Of a DNA stretch of 64,000 nucleotides, positions 36,755 to 47,714 are shown piece by piece. The position numbers and the translations under genes are program-made. The stretch's first letter is position 1. Every line of letters starts with the position of its first letter. Origin of the DNA: Phyllobates terribilis (taxonomy: Eukaryota); NCBI RefSeq assembly GCF_046119375.1, contig NW_027362764.1, positions 394,878,001 to 394,942,000 on the forward strand, given 5' to 3'. The notes under the pieces were generated by a model. That model saw only the letters and a list, made by a program, of their open reading frames with translations, ran no database searches and was not told where the DNA came from.

Positions 36755-37450
36755 GGATCTCCCTGACGAGGACCCTGAAGACGAGGACCCTGAAGACCAA
36801 CCCGAAGAAGACGAGGACCCCGAAGAAGACGAGGACCCCGAAGACGAGGACCCCCGAAGACGACGACCCTGAAGACCACCCCGAAGAAGACCAAGAAGAT
36901 GACCCTGAAGAAGTTGACCAAGAGGACAAAGAAGAGAAGACAACCACCAAGATACAGAAGAACAAGAGACAGAAAACCAAGAAGCAGAAGTACAAGAAGC
37001 TGCAGAACAAAAAGCGGAAGAACATTAAGCATAAGACTAAAAATCAGAGCAAAAGATAATATCTAAATTATAAGCAGAAGATGACTAAGCAGTGTATGGG
37101 GGTGAGTCCGTTCCTCCTCGTGGTGCCCCTGGAAAAGACCTGCTGCTGCAGGCCAAACTGAACGCGGACAAATCCTGTTGTAAATCTTTTGTGACGGGCA
37201 GAACGAAAGGTGTAATGTCCAAACTTTTAAAGATAACAACTACAGGAATGCCTGTCACAAATAAGAATATGATGAAGAAAAAGAAGATGAAGAAGTAGAA
37301 TATGAAGAATGTAAAAAAAAAAAATAATACGAAGATGGTGAAGAAGATGAAGAAGGTGAAGAAGAAGTGGATGAAAAAGATGCTGATGCTGAGGATGATG
37401 AAGGAGAAAGTGTGGGAGAAGTAAAAAAGAAGGTGAAGAGCATGGAAGTA
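36755..37450 (+). repeat. GA-rich triplet-periodic low-complexity tract
   Basis: (GACGAGGACCCYGAA)n and (GAAGAW)n runs. Confidence 0.8.
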
Positions 37451-38069
37451 GTGAAACATAAATATCTGACAAAATATAAAAATACTTAACATAGTCAATA
37501 TTTCCGTAACTCAGAACGTCTTAAAAAAAAATATTAATTCCTGCTATTCCATTTGATTGGGCTAAACCTCTATGCCTTTATTGTCTCCCCCACCTCCCCC
37601 AATACATTCTACATTATTCTTAGTTGTTTTCCTTCATGTAGAATTAACCTGCAAGGAAAGAAAGGGTTTATTTTCATTCCGATATTTCTGTCCCATTGAC
37701 TTGCATTGGTTTCTGGTATCGGAATCGGCGATTTCCGATACTTTTTTGGTATCGGTCCGATCCAATCCGATCCGATATTTCCCGATATCGGAAGGTATCG
37801 CTCAACACTAACAGTGACAATGCGCTTTCTCACCCCTACTCTAATGAGAAGTGTTGAGTCAGCAAGAGAGCGCACTGTCAGTGAGCATTGTAAACGAGAG
37901 AACATGACAAGCAGGGACAGCAAAAAACAGCCCATACCGAAACTACATCAGGCTAGAAAAGGTTCAAAACCATATTTAAAGAGTTAAACTCCACAAAAAC
38001 AGTCACACCGATTTTGTAAAAATTGTGATAAATCAAGAACATTATTACCTTTCCCAGTAATTGTGAACT

Positions 38070-39147
38070 AATGGAGATCACTCCAAGAGCATGACGCATA
38101 ATATTTCACAATATCACAAGGGAACCCAAGAAAATCTATAAGCAAATAAAGGCCTTTCTCACATTAGCTAATGTCAATGTTCATGAGTCCACCATCAGGA
38201 GACCAGTGTACAACTGTGGAATGTATGGCAGGACTGCAAGGAGAATGTCACTGCTCTCCAAAAATAATATTGCTGACCATCTGCAGTTTGCTAAATATCA
38301 CATGGACAAGTCAGAAGGCTATTGGAACAATGCTTCATTAAACCAAAAAAAATAGATTTTTGGCTTACATGAGATGCATTATGGCTGGGGAAAGAAAAAC
38401 ACTGCATAAAAACTTCATACCATCTGTAAAACACGATGGTTAGAGATGAGTGGATCTTTTGAAATTCAAATTCGCCAGCTTTAGCTGAATTTCCCCAGAA
38501 AATGTTATTTACAGTAGATAAATTTGAGTAAATCACATAATTAAAAGTCTCTAATTGCTTGAAAATATGTATTCAGACAGTTCTCTTCTCCTCTTTGTGT
38601 TCTCCATGCTTAGTGTGGCAAACACAAACACACAATGCAAATATTGAGTCAACTTCTCCCCTTTTTATCTGGTTTCAGGTGTGATTTTCATATTACCCAC
38701 AGCTGTTACTTGCCACAGGTGAGTTTGAACGAGCATTACATGCGTGAAATAAAGTTGTTTATTTATTTATTTATTTTACTCACTTATATAGCGCTATTAA
38801 TTCCAAAGCGCTTTAGAGACATTATGGGCACTGTTCCCATTGGGGCTCACAATCTAAATTCTCTTTCAGTATGTCTTTTGGAGTGTGGGAGGAAACCGGA
38901 GAGCCCGGAGGAAACCCACGCAAACACGTGGAGAACATACAAACTTCTTGCAGATGTTGTACTTGGTGGGATCCACAAATTATGTCCAATTTGCCTTTAT
39001 TTCTCAGTTTTTTTGTGTTGTTCCAATACACTATAAGAAAATAAAAATGTGTATAACAAAACATGTGCGATTTCAATAATTTTCTGGGAGAAATACTTAA
39101 TTTTCTGGAATTTCAAAGATGCCAACACTTTCAGCCATGACTTTATA
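38070..39147. mobile_element. Fragmented Tc1 element, with a hAT-MITE piece at ~38441
   Basis: NVHESTIRR...LLSKNNIA..LQFAK..MDKSEGYWNN transposase remnant; Tc1-type end ...ACTTTCAGCCATGACT. Confidence 0.7.
38760..38972 (-). mobile_element. 5'-truncated V-SINE-like element
   Basis: GGGAGGAAACCGGAGAGCCCGGAGGAAACCCAC is the reverse complement of the V-SINE central domain; (ATTT)n tail on the left. Confidence 0.75.
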
Positions 39148-42100
39148 GATTCATTTTTAGTGTTGAATAAATGTAGAAGTGCACAAATATGCTATATGGC
39201 CAATATACTAACATATACATACATGCTGCGATAAATACATGAACTCCCCTATTGCTGTAAATGTTAAAAGCATAAGGTACTTAGCGTTTTTTTTTATCAA
39301 AGAGCATAATTAGACAACAAAATCTAGTGAAATTAACTAGGTAAGTTAATGAGAATACAGAAAATCACAAACAAAATGTCACTAAAATTGCTAGGATTGT
39401 ATCAAGAACCCTAATTTTTTTATTATTTCCAGTGTTGAGACTATGTAATTGCTGAACAAAAACATACAAGTGTGTGGCAGTAATTTTCACTATTGTGTAT
39501 CCTTGTATACATTAGAGAGCATGACGATGGAGAAAACTGGGGAATGGCTCAAATTTTCAATCTTGACCTATGAACTATCCCACTGATGTTAAGATAGGTT
39601 TAATAGCCATTTCTCTAATTGGATTTCAAATGGACTGAATACATTTCCTACAAGAATAACTAATAATTAACATAATTCTAGTAACTAATCCAGGGAATCA
39701 ATTCCACTGTCATCTCTAGGGTCAGAAGGGATTTTCTTCTCCTGAGAGGTTAACTTGGCAGCTGCTTCGCTGGGAATTTTGTTTACCATTCCCTAAGAGG
39801 TTTGAATCTAAGGTTCATGCAAATGCTGCTGCCTAATGAGTTTTGGATCCAATTTATGAAATCTACAGCTAGGAAGTGGAAGTGTTTATAGCAACCAATG
39901 AAATTATGGTGTTATATCCAAGTGCAGTGTCAGCATTAGTGTTTATGTGGGACGCATCCAGTTTTATTTTTACTTTGTTACACTAGTCACATTCACAATT
40001 GACTGCCCATAAAAAATAGTAATGTGTGTAAGATAAATTAATCTCCATGTGTAAGTCTCAAATTTGAGAAATATAAAAAGTTAGGAAAAGTAAAAAAATG
40101 AATTGTAAGTAGGGATGAGCGGACCCGTGGATGTTTGGGTTTGTTGGGTTTGGCCAAACTAGAGTTAAAAGTTTGGTTCGCTATACGAACTTGACCCCAA
40201 ACCCAATAGAAATCAATGGCGACCAGAACTTTGGTGCTTTAAAATGGCAGTAAAATGGTCATAGTAAGGGCTAAGGGGCTGCAAAAGGAAGCTAAATGGG
40301 GTGTAAGCAGTACAAGTGCCCTGTACATAAGTTTGGATAGGTAAATGACTTAAAATAACATAGAATCCCTCAAAAAAAGGACAAATTTTGTGACAAATCT
40401 AAAAAGTTTGTGAAGTGGATTAGATTAAAAAAAAATTGAAGATGAGACCCTGCATCACAATGGCCGCATGCACATGGATGCTACAGTGAAATTGCGAATG
40501 GTCATTAATTCAGTCAATTTGGATTACATTTTTTACATTTTTGGCTACAGATCATTGTAAAATTATGAACTGGTAAAGTAATGCATGGAAAGCCTGACAG
40601 AGGCGCCGCATAGGCCCTCATGCTCTTGCCCCTCTCCCAAGCGACCCTGTGCAATGCCTTGGTGCATTGGTTGATGAGGCAGAGAATTTGTGGTGTCCTC
40701 TGGAGGCCATTCACCTTATTGGAGGAGTAATCCAACGCTGGCTGTTATTTTTATATTTTTTTTCTTTTTTTTTAATGTTTTTTTTAATTTTTTTTTGTTT
40801 TGTTTTTAATAAAATACAACACTTTTGTTTTTTGTTTTATTTTTCTTTATTTTTTTTATTTTTTTTTTTAAGGAACTGACTTTAAACAACCTAAAGATAA
40901 CAAAACTAAAACGAGCAATCTAAAACCAGGAGGCATAGACCCCAGTGGAAGAAGAGGTGGATGTGGCAGTATAGGTGGAAGAGGCAAAGAAGGAGCAATC
41001 CAACACTGTTTTTGGAGGGGATTTTGTATTTTTTTTGTGTATGCTTTTTAGGGAACTTACTTAAAAGAACCTAGAATGAACCTAAAAGAATCTAGAATGA
41101 ACCCAAAATAAACTAACAAGATACAACCAGGAGGCAGAGGTCCAACTGGAGGAGGAAGTGGAGGAGGTGGACTTGGAAGTTTAGGTGGAAGAGGTAGAGG
41201 AGTAGGTAGTCAACACAGCTTTTTGGGTTTTCTTTTCTGGAGGAAGCACCCAAATGAAAAGAATGGCAAATAGAGTTAAAGGCTGGCTGTGTGCGGCTGG
41301 TATAGTTGTTTAGTCATCTAAAGGTATGGACAAGTCCTGTGGGATCCACACCTGGTTAATTTTAAGAAATGTTATACAGTATACTTGCGGCAGGGAAGGC
41401 CAGCACCTCCAAGGCATAAATGGCAAGCTCAGGCCATGTGTCCAATTTAGACACCCAGAAGTTAAATGGGACAGACCCATCAGTTAGTATGTGGATACGA
41501 GTGGACAGGTACTTTTCCACCATGTTGTTGTAACGCTCCTCCTGCTAAGACGGACAGTATCAGATTGTGGTGCCGGATGTTGTTGCGTGCTCATAAAGTT
41601 TTGCCACATTTTGGCCATGCTAACCCTGCCTTCCAAGGAGGTGGCAGTGCCCTAGTTGCATTGTCAACTTCCTCCTCCACCCTTGCCTTGCTCATCCACT
41701 GAGCCCCTGCTGTCAGGTGGGAAAGCCATCAGTTGTTTCTCTACCAGCGTGTGCTTGTATTCATGCATTTTGCGATCCCACTCCAGTGATGGAAGTAATG
41801 ATGGCATGTTGTCCTTGTAGTGGGGATCCAGCTGTGTGGCCACCCAGAAATCTGCACTGGAAACAATACGTGCAACTCGGAGCTCATTGCGCAGGCATAG
41901 CAGCATGTATTGTCTCATTTGTGCCAGGCTGCCCAGATGCAACGGCAAGCTATCCTCGGTGGCAGATGTATCATATGGGCACTCTGTATCCCCCCAGCCA
42001 TGTTCCAGTTATGCCTTTGACCTGCTCTAAATACCATCCTGCTGTGAACACGGTTGTTCCTCCTCCCTGTCCTCCTCCTCGTCCTCCCAAACTGTCCCCT

Positions 42101-42640
42101 GGCTGTACAGTTGGGTACTTGGCCACTGCAGTGACAGTAACCCACCCTCTGAGCCATGTGGGGATGACAGGCCTGATAATAGTGTGAATTGGCCCTGCTC
42201 TTCCTGCTGCTCTTCCTCTTTTGCCACCACCTCATCCATCATCACCTGAAGTGTTTCTTCCAGCAGGCTTATAAGTGGTATAGTAACGCTGATGATGGCA
42301 TCATCAACGCTGGCCATATTGGTGGAGTATTCAAAGGAGAGCAACATGGTACACACGTCCTGCATGGAGGCCCAATCATTGGTGGTGAAGTGATGTTGTT
42401 CTGCAGAGTGACTCAGCCGTGTGTGCTGCAGCTGAAACACCACTATTGCCTGCTGCTGCTCGCACAGTCTCTTTAGCATATGCAAGGTGGAGTTCTACCT
42501 TGTTGGTATGCAAATTGCCTCCTCAGTGGCCTTGACCTCTATAGCACCACCTGTTGGCAGAAGCAATCCTACAAGTCACTATCGACCATTTACCGAGTCT
42601 TGCAATTTGACTTAGGATGAAAGCCAAATCAGAATCTCAA

Positions 42641-42685
42641 TTTGCAGACATGGTGTTTCAGGCTATTGGCCCTCATCAGTGCAAA
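42641..42685 (-). ncRNA. Minimal type I hammerhead ribozyme motif (near-intact)
   Basis: UUUGCA-CUGAUGA-GGGC CAAUA GCCU-GAAA-CA CCA UG-UC^UGCAAA: full core, 6-bp stem I, 4-bp stem II, short stem III, GUC site. Confidence 0.82.
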
Positions 42686-42977
42686 GTATGAGAACTAATT
42701 TGGCTAGGTGAGAGGCTCTGGACTGAGGTCTAAGGGGCAATGTTTCTCCTAATGGAGAGTTACATACCGGCTCTGGCATGCCAAGGTAAGGAGGCTTATT
42801 TGCCGTGCAATACTCCTGTGGGAAATTTAATATGCAAATTGCTTCTTCAGAGAGGAAGAAGACTTGAATTATATAGTATAGCATCACCTGTTGGAAGCAG
42901 CAATCCTACAAGTCACTATCGACCCTTTACCGACTCTTGCAATAGGACTTATGATAAATGGCAAATCAGAATCTCAA

Positions 42978-43022
42978 TTTGCAGACACAATGTTTCGGGA
43001 TATTGGCCCTCGGCAATGCTAA
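42978..43022 (-). ncRNA. Second hammerhead motif with mutated core (probably inactive)
   Basis: UUAGCA-UUGCCGA-GGGC CAAUA UCCC-GAAA-CAUUGUG-UC^UGCAAA. Confidence 0.7.
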
Positions 43023-43725
43023 GTCTGAAAACTGATATGGCTACGTGAGAGGCTCTGGACTGTACCTTGTTGGTACATTGGATATGAGGCTGTAAATGGG
43101 AAGGCAGAAGTGATGCTGCAGCGGAGACAGGTTAGCAGAAGCAGGGTGAGAATGCCAAAAGCGAACACACTGCCCGCACTTTCAGCAGCAGCTCTGACAT
43201 GTGTGGGCTTTTCAGGAAGCTCTGCACCACCAAGTTCAGCACATGCGCCAGGCAAGGGATGTGCATCAAACCAGCTAGGCCCAGAGCTGCTGCGAGATTT
43301 TACCCATTATCACACACCACCAGGTTGGGCTTGAGGTTCACTGGCACCAACCACTCATCTGTCTGCTGTTTGATCCCCGTCCACAGCTCCTGCGCATTGT
43401 GAGATTTGTCCCCCAAACAGAGGAGTTTAAGAACAGCCTGCTGTCTTTTCCCCCGGCTGTGCTGAAGTTGGTGGTTCAGGTCTTACTGTGACCAGATGAG
43501 GAGGCAGTGGAGGAAGAGGAGTAGGAGGAGGAGGCAACCTGGACAGAGAAACATCCAGAAATCCTCGGTGGTGGTAGGACATGGGCTAGAACGCCTTCTG
43601 CCTCTTTACCAGCCACCACTACAGTGGGTAATTAAGGAGATGTAACTTCCCTGGTCGTGCTTACTGGTCTACATATTAGTGGTTATGTGGTCCTTGCCAC
43701 TTATGGCATTGCACAGTGCACTGTA

Positions 43726-46325
43726 TCGAAGCAGATGTTCAGTTCGACTGCCCCCTGGGTGTCTGAGCAGCCCTTTTTAGGATCACTCTGCTCACCTCCT
43801 TTGAGGAAGGTGCTAGAAAAGGTGCCTCAAACATAGTTGCTTCACTTTACCCTGGTCAGCCTACCGCAGCTCACAGGTATCCCTCATAACGGTTGAAACA
43901 CAAAGAAGAAAATTATGGTACTCGACCTTGGCACATGGAGTGTAAGAACTCTCCTAGACAATATCAAGGCAGACCAACCAGAGAGAAGAACATCACTGAT
44001 TGCTAAAGAGCTAACTCACTACAATGTGGACATAGCAGCTCTCAGCCAAAATGCGCTTAGCAAGTAAGGGCCAACTGACAGAGGGTAGTGGTGGATACAC
44101 ACTTTTCTGGAGTGGTTGAGACAGCAGTGAACGATGAGAAGCAGGTTTGGGATTTGCTACAAATCTCACCTTGTCCGTTAACTTGCCCAGCTTCTGAAGG
44201 GCATCAACGAATCTGAGGACAATTCAACTCCCACTTTCAAACAAGAAGTGTGCTACGCTGATTAGTGCCTATGCTCCCACCATGACCAATCCAAATGACA
44301 TTAAAGATAAGTTCTATGATGAACTTGACTTTATCTCTGCAATTCCACAGTCAGACAAGCTCATTATACTTGGAGACTTTAATGCCAGAGTGAGAACAGA
44401 TTATCAAAACTGGGAAGGAGTTATAGGGAGTCATAGCATTGGCAAGTGTAACAGTAATGCCCTTCTGCTCCTCAAGATGTGTGCCACACATGACTTTGTC
44501 ATCCCCAACACCCTGTTCCATCTATCTACTCGCAAGAAGACATCGTGGATGCACCCACGCTCGAAGCACTGGCATCTCATTGACTACGTCATCACCAGGA
44601 AAAGGGATAGGATGGACTTTAGAGTATCAAGAGACATGTGTGGTGCTGACTGCTGGACCACCTACCGTCTCAATGTGTCTAAGTTCATGCTTCACATTCT
44701 GCCGTTAAGGAGACCCCAAGGGCAGAAGACTGCAAAGAGGCTGAATTTCTCGAATCTGCAAGGCAGAAGGGTTGCAAGGGAATTTGCCAATGACCTTGAC
44801 AGAAGACTGTCAGACACACCACAGGCAGACGAAACCAGCGTCGATGAATAGTGGATGATTGTTAAAGATGCTATTTGCAATTCTGCCCTGGAACATCTCA
44901 GACCAGCAGCCTGAAGTAATCTAGATTGGTTAGATGAAAATGACAAATAAATAAAGGCACTTCTAGAAGAGAAACATCAGCATTACAAAGCGTATCAAAA
45001 TGACCCCACATCGCTAGCCAAGAAGGATGCCTTCATCAACACAAAAAGGAAAGTACGGATAAAGTTAAGTGAGATGCAGGACAACTGGTTCAGCAAGAAG
45101 GATAATGAAATTCAGGGCCATGTAGACAGCCACGACCTGAAGCGCTTCTATGATGTGTTATGGGCTGTATATGGACCCCAATCATCCATCTCCTTAGTTC
45201 TACTTAATGTGGACGTAACTAAGCTGCTGACAGAAAAGAAACAAATTCTGGAATGGTGGGCTGAGCACTTTAACAGCATCCTTAATCACCCTGCCATTAT
45301 CAACAACGAGGCCATTGCCTGCCTAGCCCATGTAGAAATCAACAAAGACCTCGATGTTCTTCCCACTGAAAATGAAGTCAGGAAGACAGTAAAACAACTC
45401 TCCTGTGGCAAAGCACCATAAAGCGATGCTATTACTGTAGAGGTATACAAAGCAGGAGGCCCTGTCTTGATGCAAATGATGACTAAACTATTCCAGTCTT
45501 GGGGAAAAAGGAAAAGGTTCCACAACAGCTGAAAGATTCCAGCATAATCCATATATACAAGAGAAAAGGCAACTGCCAATCTTGCAACAAACATCAAGGC
45601 ATCTCTCTTTTGTGCACTGCTGGGAAGATCCTGGCTCACCTTTTGCTCAACCACCTCCTTCAGCACCTTGAGCAAGGTCTATTGCTCAAAAGACAATGCT
45701 GCTTCCATGCTGAAAGTGGGACAGCATATATGGTCTTCGCGTCGTGTCAAGTCCAGGAAAAGCACCAGGAGCAATGCATGGACCTTTTTGTGACCTTTGT
45801 TGACTTGACCAAGGCTTTTGACACAGTGAGACGGCCTGTTGGAAAATCATGGGAGAGTTTGGCTGCCTGAAAAAGTTCATTACAATCATCCGGAAGCTCC
45901 ATGATGGTATGATGGTGAAGGTCCTGAATGAGGAATCGGAGGCCTTCCCAGTTACATATGGCATAAAACAAGGCTGCGTACTCGCCCCGACCCTGTTCAG
46001 TATGATATTTTCTGCCATTTTGACAGACAGCCTTTAGCAACTATGAAGACAGAATCCATGTCAGGTACAGGACTATCTACAAGATATTCAACCCCAGGAC
46101 AGTCATTCGTAACTTTTTGTTTGCTGATGACTGTGCACTCAATGCCAGCACAGAGCAGCAAATGCTGCGTGAAATGGACTGTTTTTCACAAGCTTACGAC
46201 AACTTTGGTATTGTTATCCATACTAGAAAGACCAAAGTTATGTACCACCAGGAAAACAATACCACGAGACACACTTACATTAAGGTGAAGAAACACAGCC
46301 TCAAAGCAATCAACAATTTCAGCTA
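43726..46325 (+). mobile_element. RTE-clade LINE, degenerate, 3'-truncated
   Basis: LGTWSVRTLLD...PERRT, LIILGDFNARV, SWMHPRSKHWHLIDYVI, TFVDLTKAFDTV, GIKQGCVLAPTLF and FADDCAL motifs, with many stops and frameshifts. Confidence 0.9.
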
Positions 46326-46649
46326 CTGCTACTTGCATCTCCCATACTTTTATTCTCACTTGCCATGTTTTTTTTTCTTTTACATTACACCATACATTGA
46401 CACTTTTTCTCTTAGCACACATTTCTTACTACTGTAAAATTATGTTTTTGTATCCAAAACGCCAGCACATTGTCTTATAAAATCGCATTGGCCTTTCTAT
46501 CTTCTTATCACCACATATAGATAAAATGCATTATTACCATCTTTTCATACTCAGTAAGGAAAAATTGCCTCTAAGCTAAATACAGTAGAGGCCTTTTTAC
46601 CTTACCGACTCTGACAAGATGTTTATTCATTTCCGATTATATATGATGT

Positions 46650-46910
46650 ACTAATACATCATATGTCAGTTCCTCGTCTTTGTTGCAGGCTCAGAAGCTG
46701 AGCCTACATCATTCCCGGCAGATGATGACTGTGTTATATGGCCAACATTTGCCTCTAACAGCAGCGAGCAGAGCTGAGCAATCCTGGTGTGCCAGTGGGT
46801 TGCCATGGAAGCTGTAGGTCTGCTAAAGGTGCCTGTTCCTGCCAAGATGGTGCTACTATGAAGATTAGTCTGTGCCAGGTTTGAGTCCACTAAGGACACT
46901 GAAAAATAAA
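46650..46910. other. Candidate host exon-like island (strand unresolved)
   Basis: Unique, GC-richer sequence with an acceptor-like site and AATAAA on each strand; product not recognised. Confidence 0.3.
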
Positions 46911-47714
46911 GTTAAAAAATGGTTTTAAAAAATGCAGAAAAAAAGTAAAGAATTAAAAAATTTTAATCACCCAGCTAGGAAAGGAGTATGATGCACTGTA
47001 TGATCAAAGCTTTAAAAATTTGAAATCGCCAGCTTTGACAAATTTTTCCCCAAAATTTTATTTGAGGTAAATTTTTTTGCAGATACTCCAATTGACTTGA
47101 AAATACATGTATAACATTCTGAGGTTTCCTATGACTGTATTCAAAATAGATTCAATACAATCACAGCTTTATTAATGTCCAAATTAATTTGGAGACAGAT
47201 GCCTGCCTTTGCTGATTTTTATACAAAGGCGGAACAAATGGAAGAAGCTCTGGATTTTTCACAAGGAGTGAAGCACAAATGGTCCCTGTTTGGGGAGTAT
47301 CAAGAGCTTTTGATTTTTCCTAAATGAAGAAGCAATTGCTTTTTCATAAGTCAACCAAACATTATCCCTTTAATTAGGGAGCAGAAATTGTTCTGTCTGT
47401 GAGCAATGGCTTCTCAATTATTAGTGAGAAAAGTATCCCTTTTTTGAGATCTGCAACAGATTTGCTATTCTCAAAATCACATCAACTACAATGACTTTTT
47501 ATCAAGCAGTCCAAAAAGTATCCCTTTATTTACAGAATAGGAACTGGTTAGCTGTTCAAAGTGAAGCAGCAAGAACTTTTCAACAAAAGATAAAAAAAAT
47601 CCTCATTTTGTGAGCGTTTTCATGTTTGTGTCTCCAATGATCTAATAATAGCGAAATGTAATGGTAACTACTGCCTAGTGATTCTTTTGGCTCACTCTGC
47701 TGCATAAAACAATG

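Larger units (their letters stand above)
11837..37810 (+). mobile_element. hAT (Ac-family) element A, 25,974 bp including nested B1 and satellite arrays
   Basis: TAGTGTTGAGC ... GCTCAACACTA; 8-bp TSD ACAGTGAC at 11829-11836 and 37811-37818; CCGATA/TATCGG subterminal repeats at both ends. Confidence 0.9.
42509..43062 (-). mobile_element. 554-bp tandem (~1.6 x ~330 bp) hammerhead-bearing retroposed insert (retrozyme or Penelope pLTR type)
   Basis: 13-bp duplication TACCTTGTTGGTA at 42496-42508 and 43063-43075; partial tandem duplication; two HHR motifs. Confidence 0.8.
40110..43725 (-). mobile_element. Degenerate hAT element C; transposase relic at ~41290-43720
   Basis: TAGGGATGAGCG terminus (Ac-like); minus-strand PFNFWVSKLDTWPELA, FWVATQLDP, HMLKRLCEQQ motifs; 5' part not found beyond the RTE. 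Confidence 0.85.

Noticed and set aside
36744-37498. Phe/Ile-rich membrane-protein-like ORFs on the minus strand
   Set aside because: Antisense reading of GA-rich low-complexity DNA.
11837-37810. Claim that A transposed as a single 26-kb unit
   Set aside because: B1 looks younger than A's decayed ORF, so insertion of B1 after A is the simpler explanation.
39660-39960. Possible enhancer (ATGCAAAT octamer, TAAT sites) in unique sequence
   Set aside because: Short motifs are expected by chance, and conservation cannot be assessed here.
43726-46325. BovB horizontal-transfer candidate
   Set aside because: The N-terminal motifs (RTLLD...PERRT) fit other RTE lineages rather than BovB as I recall it, and the copy is too decayed to claim this without a phylogeny.
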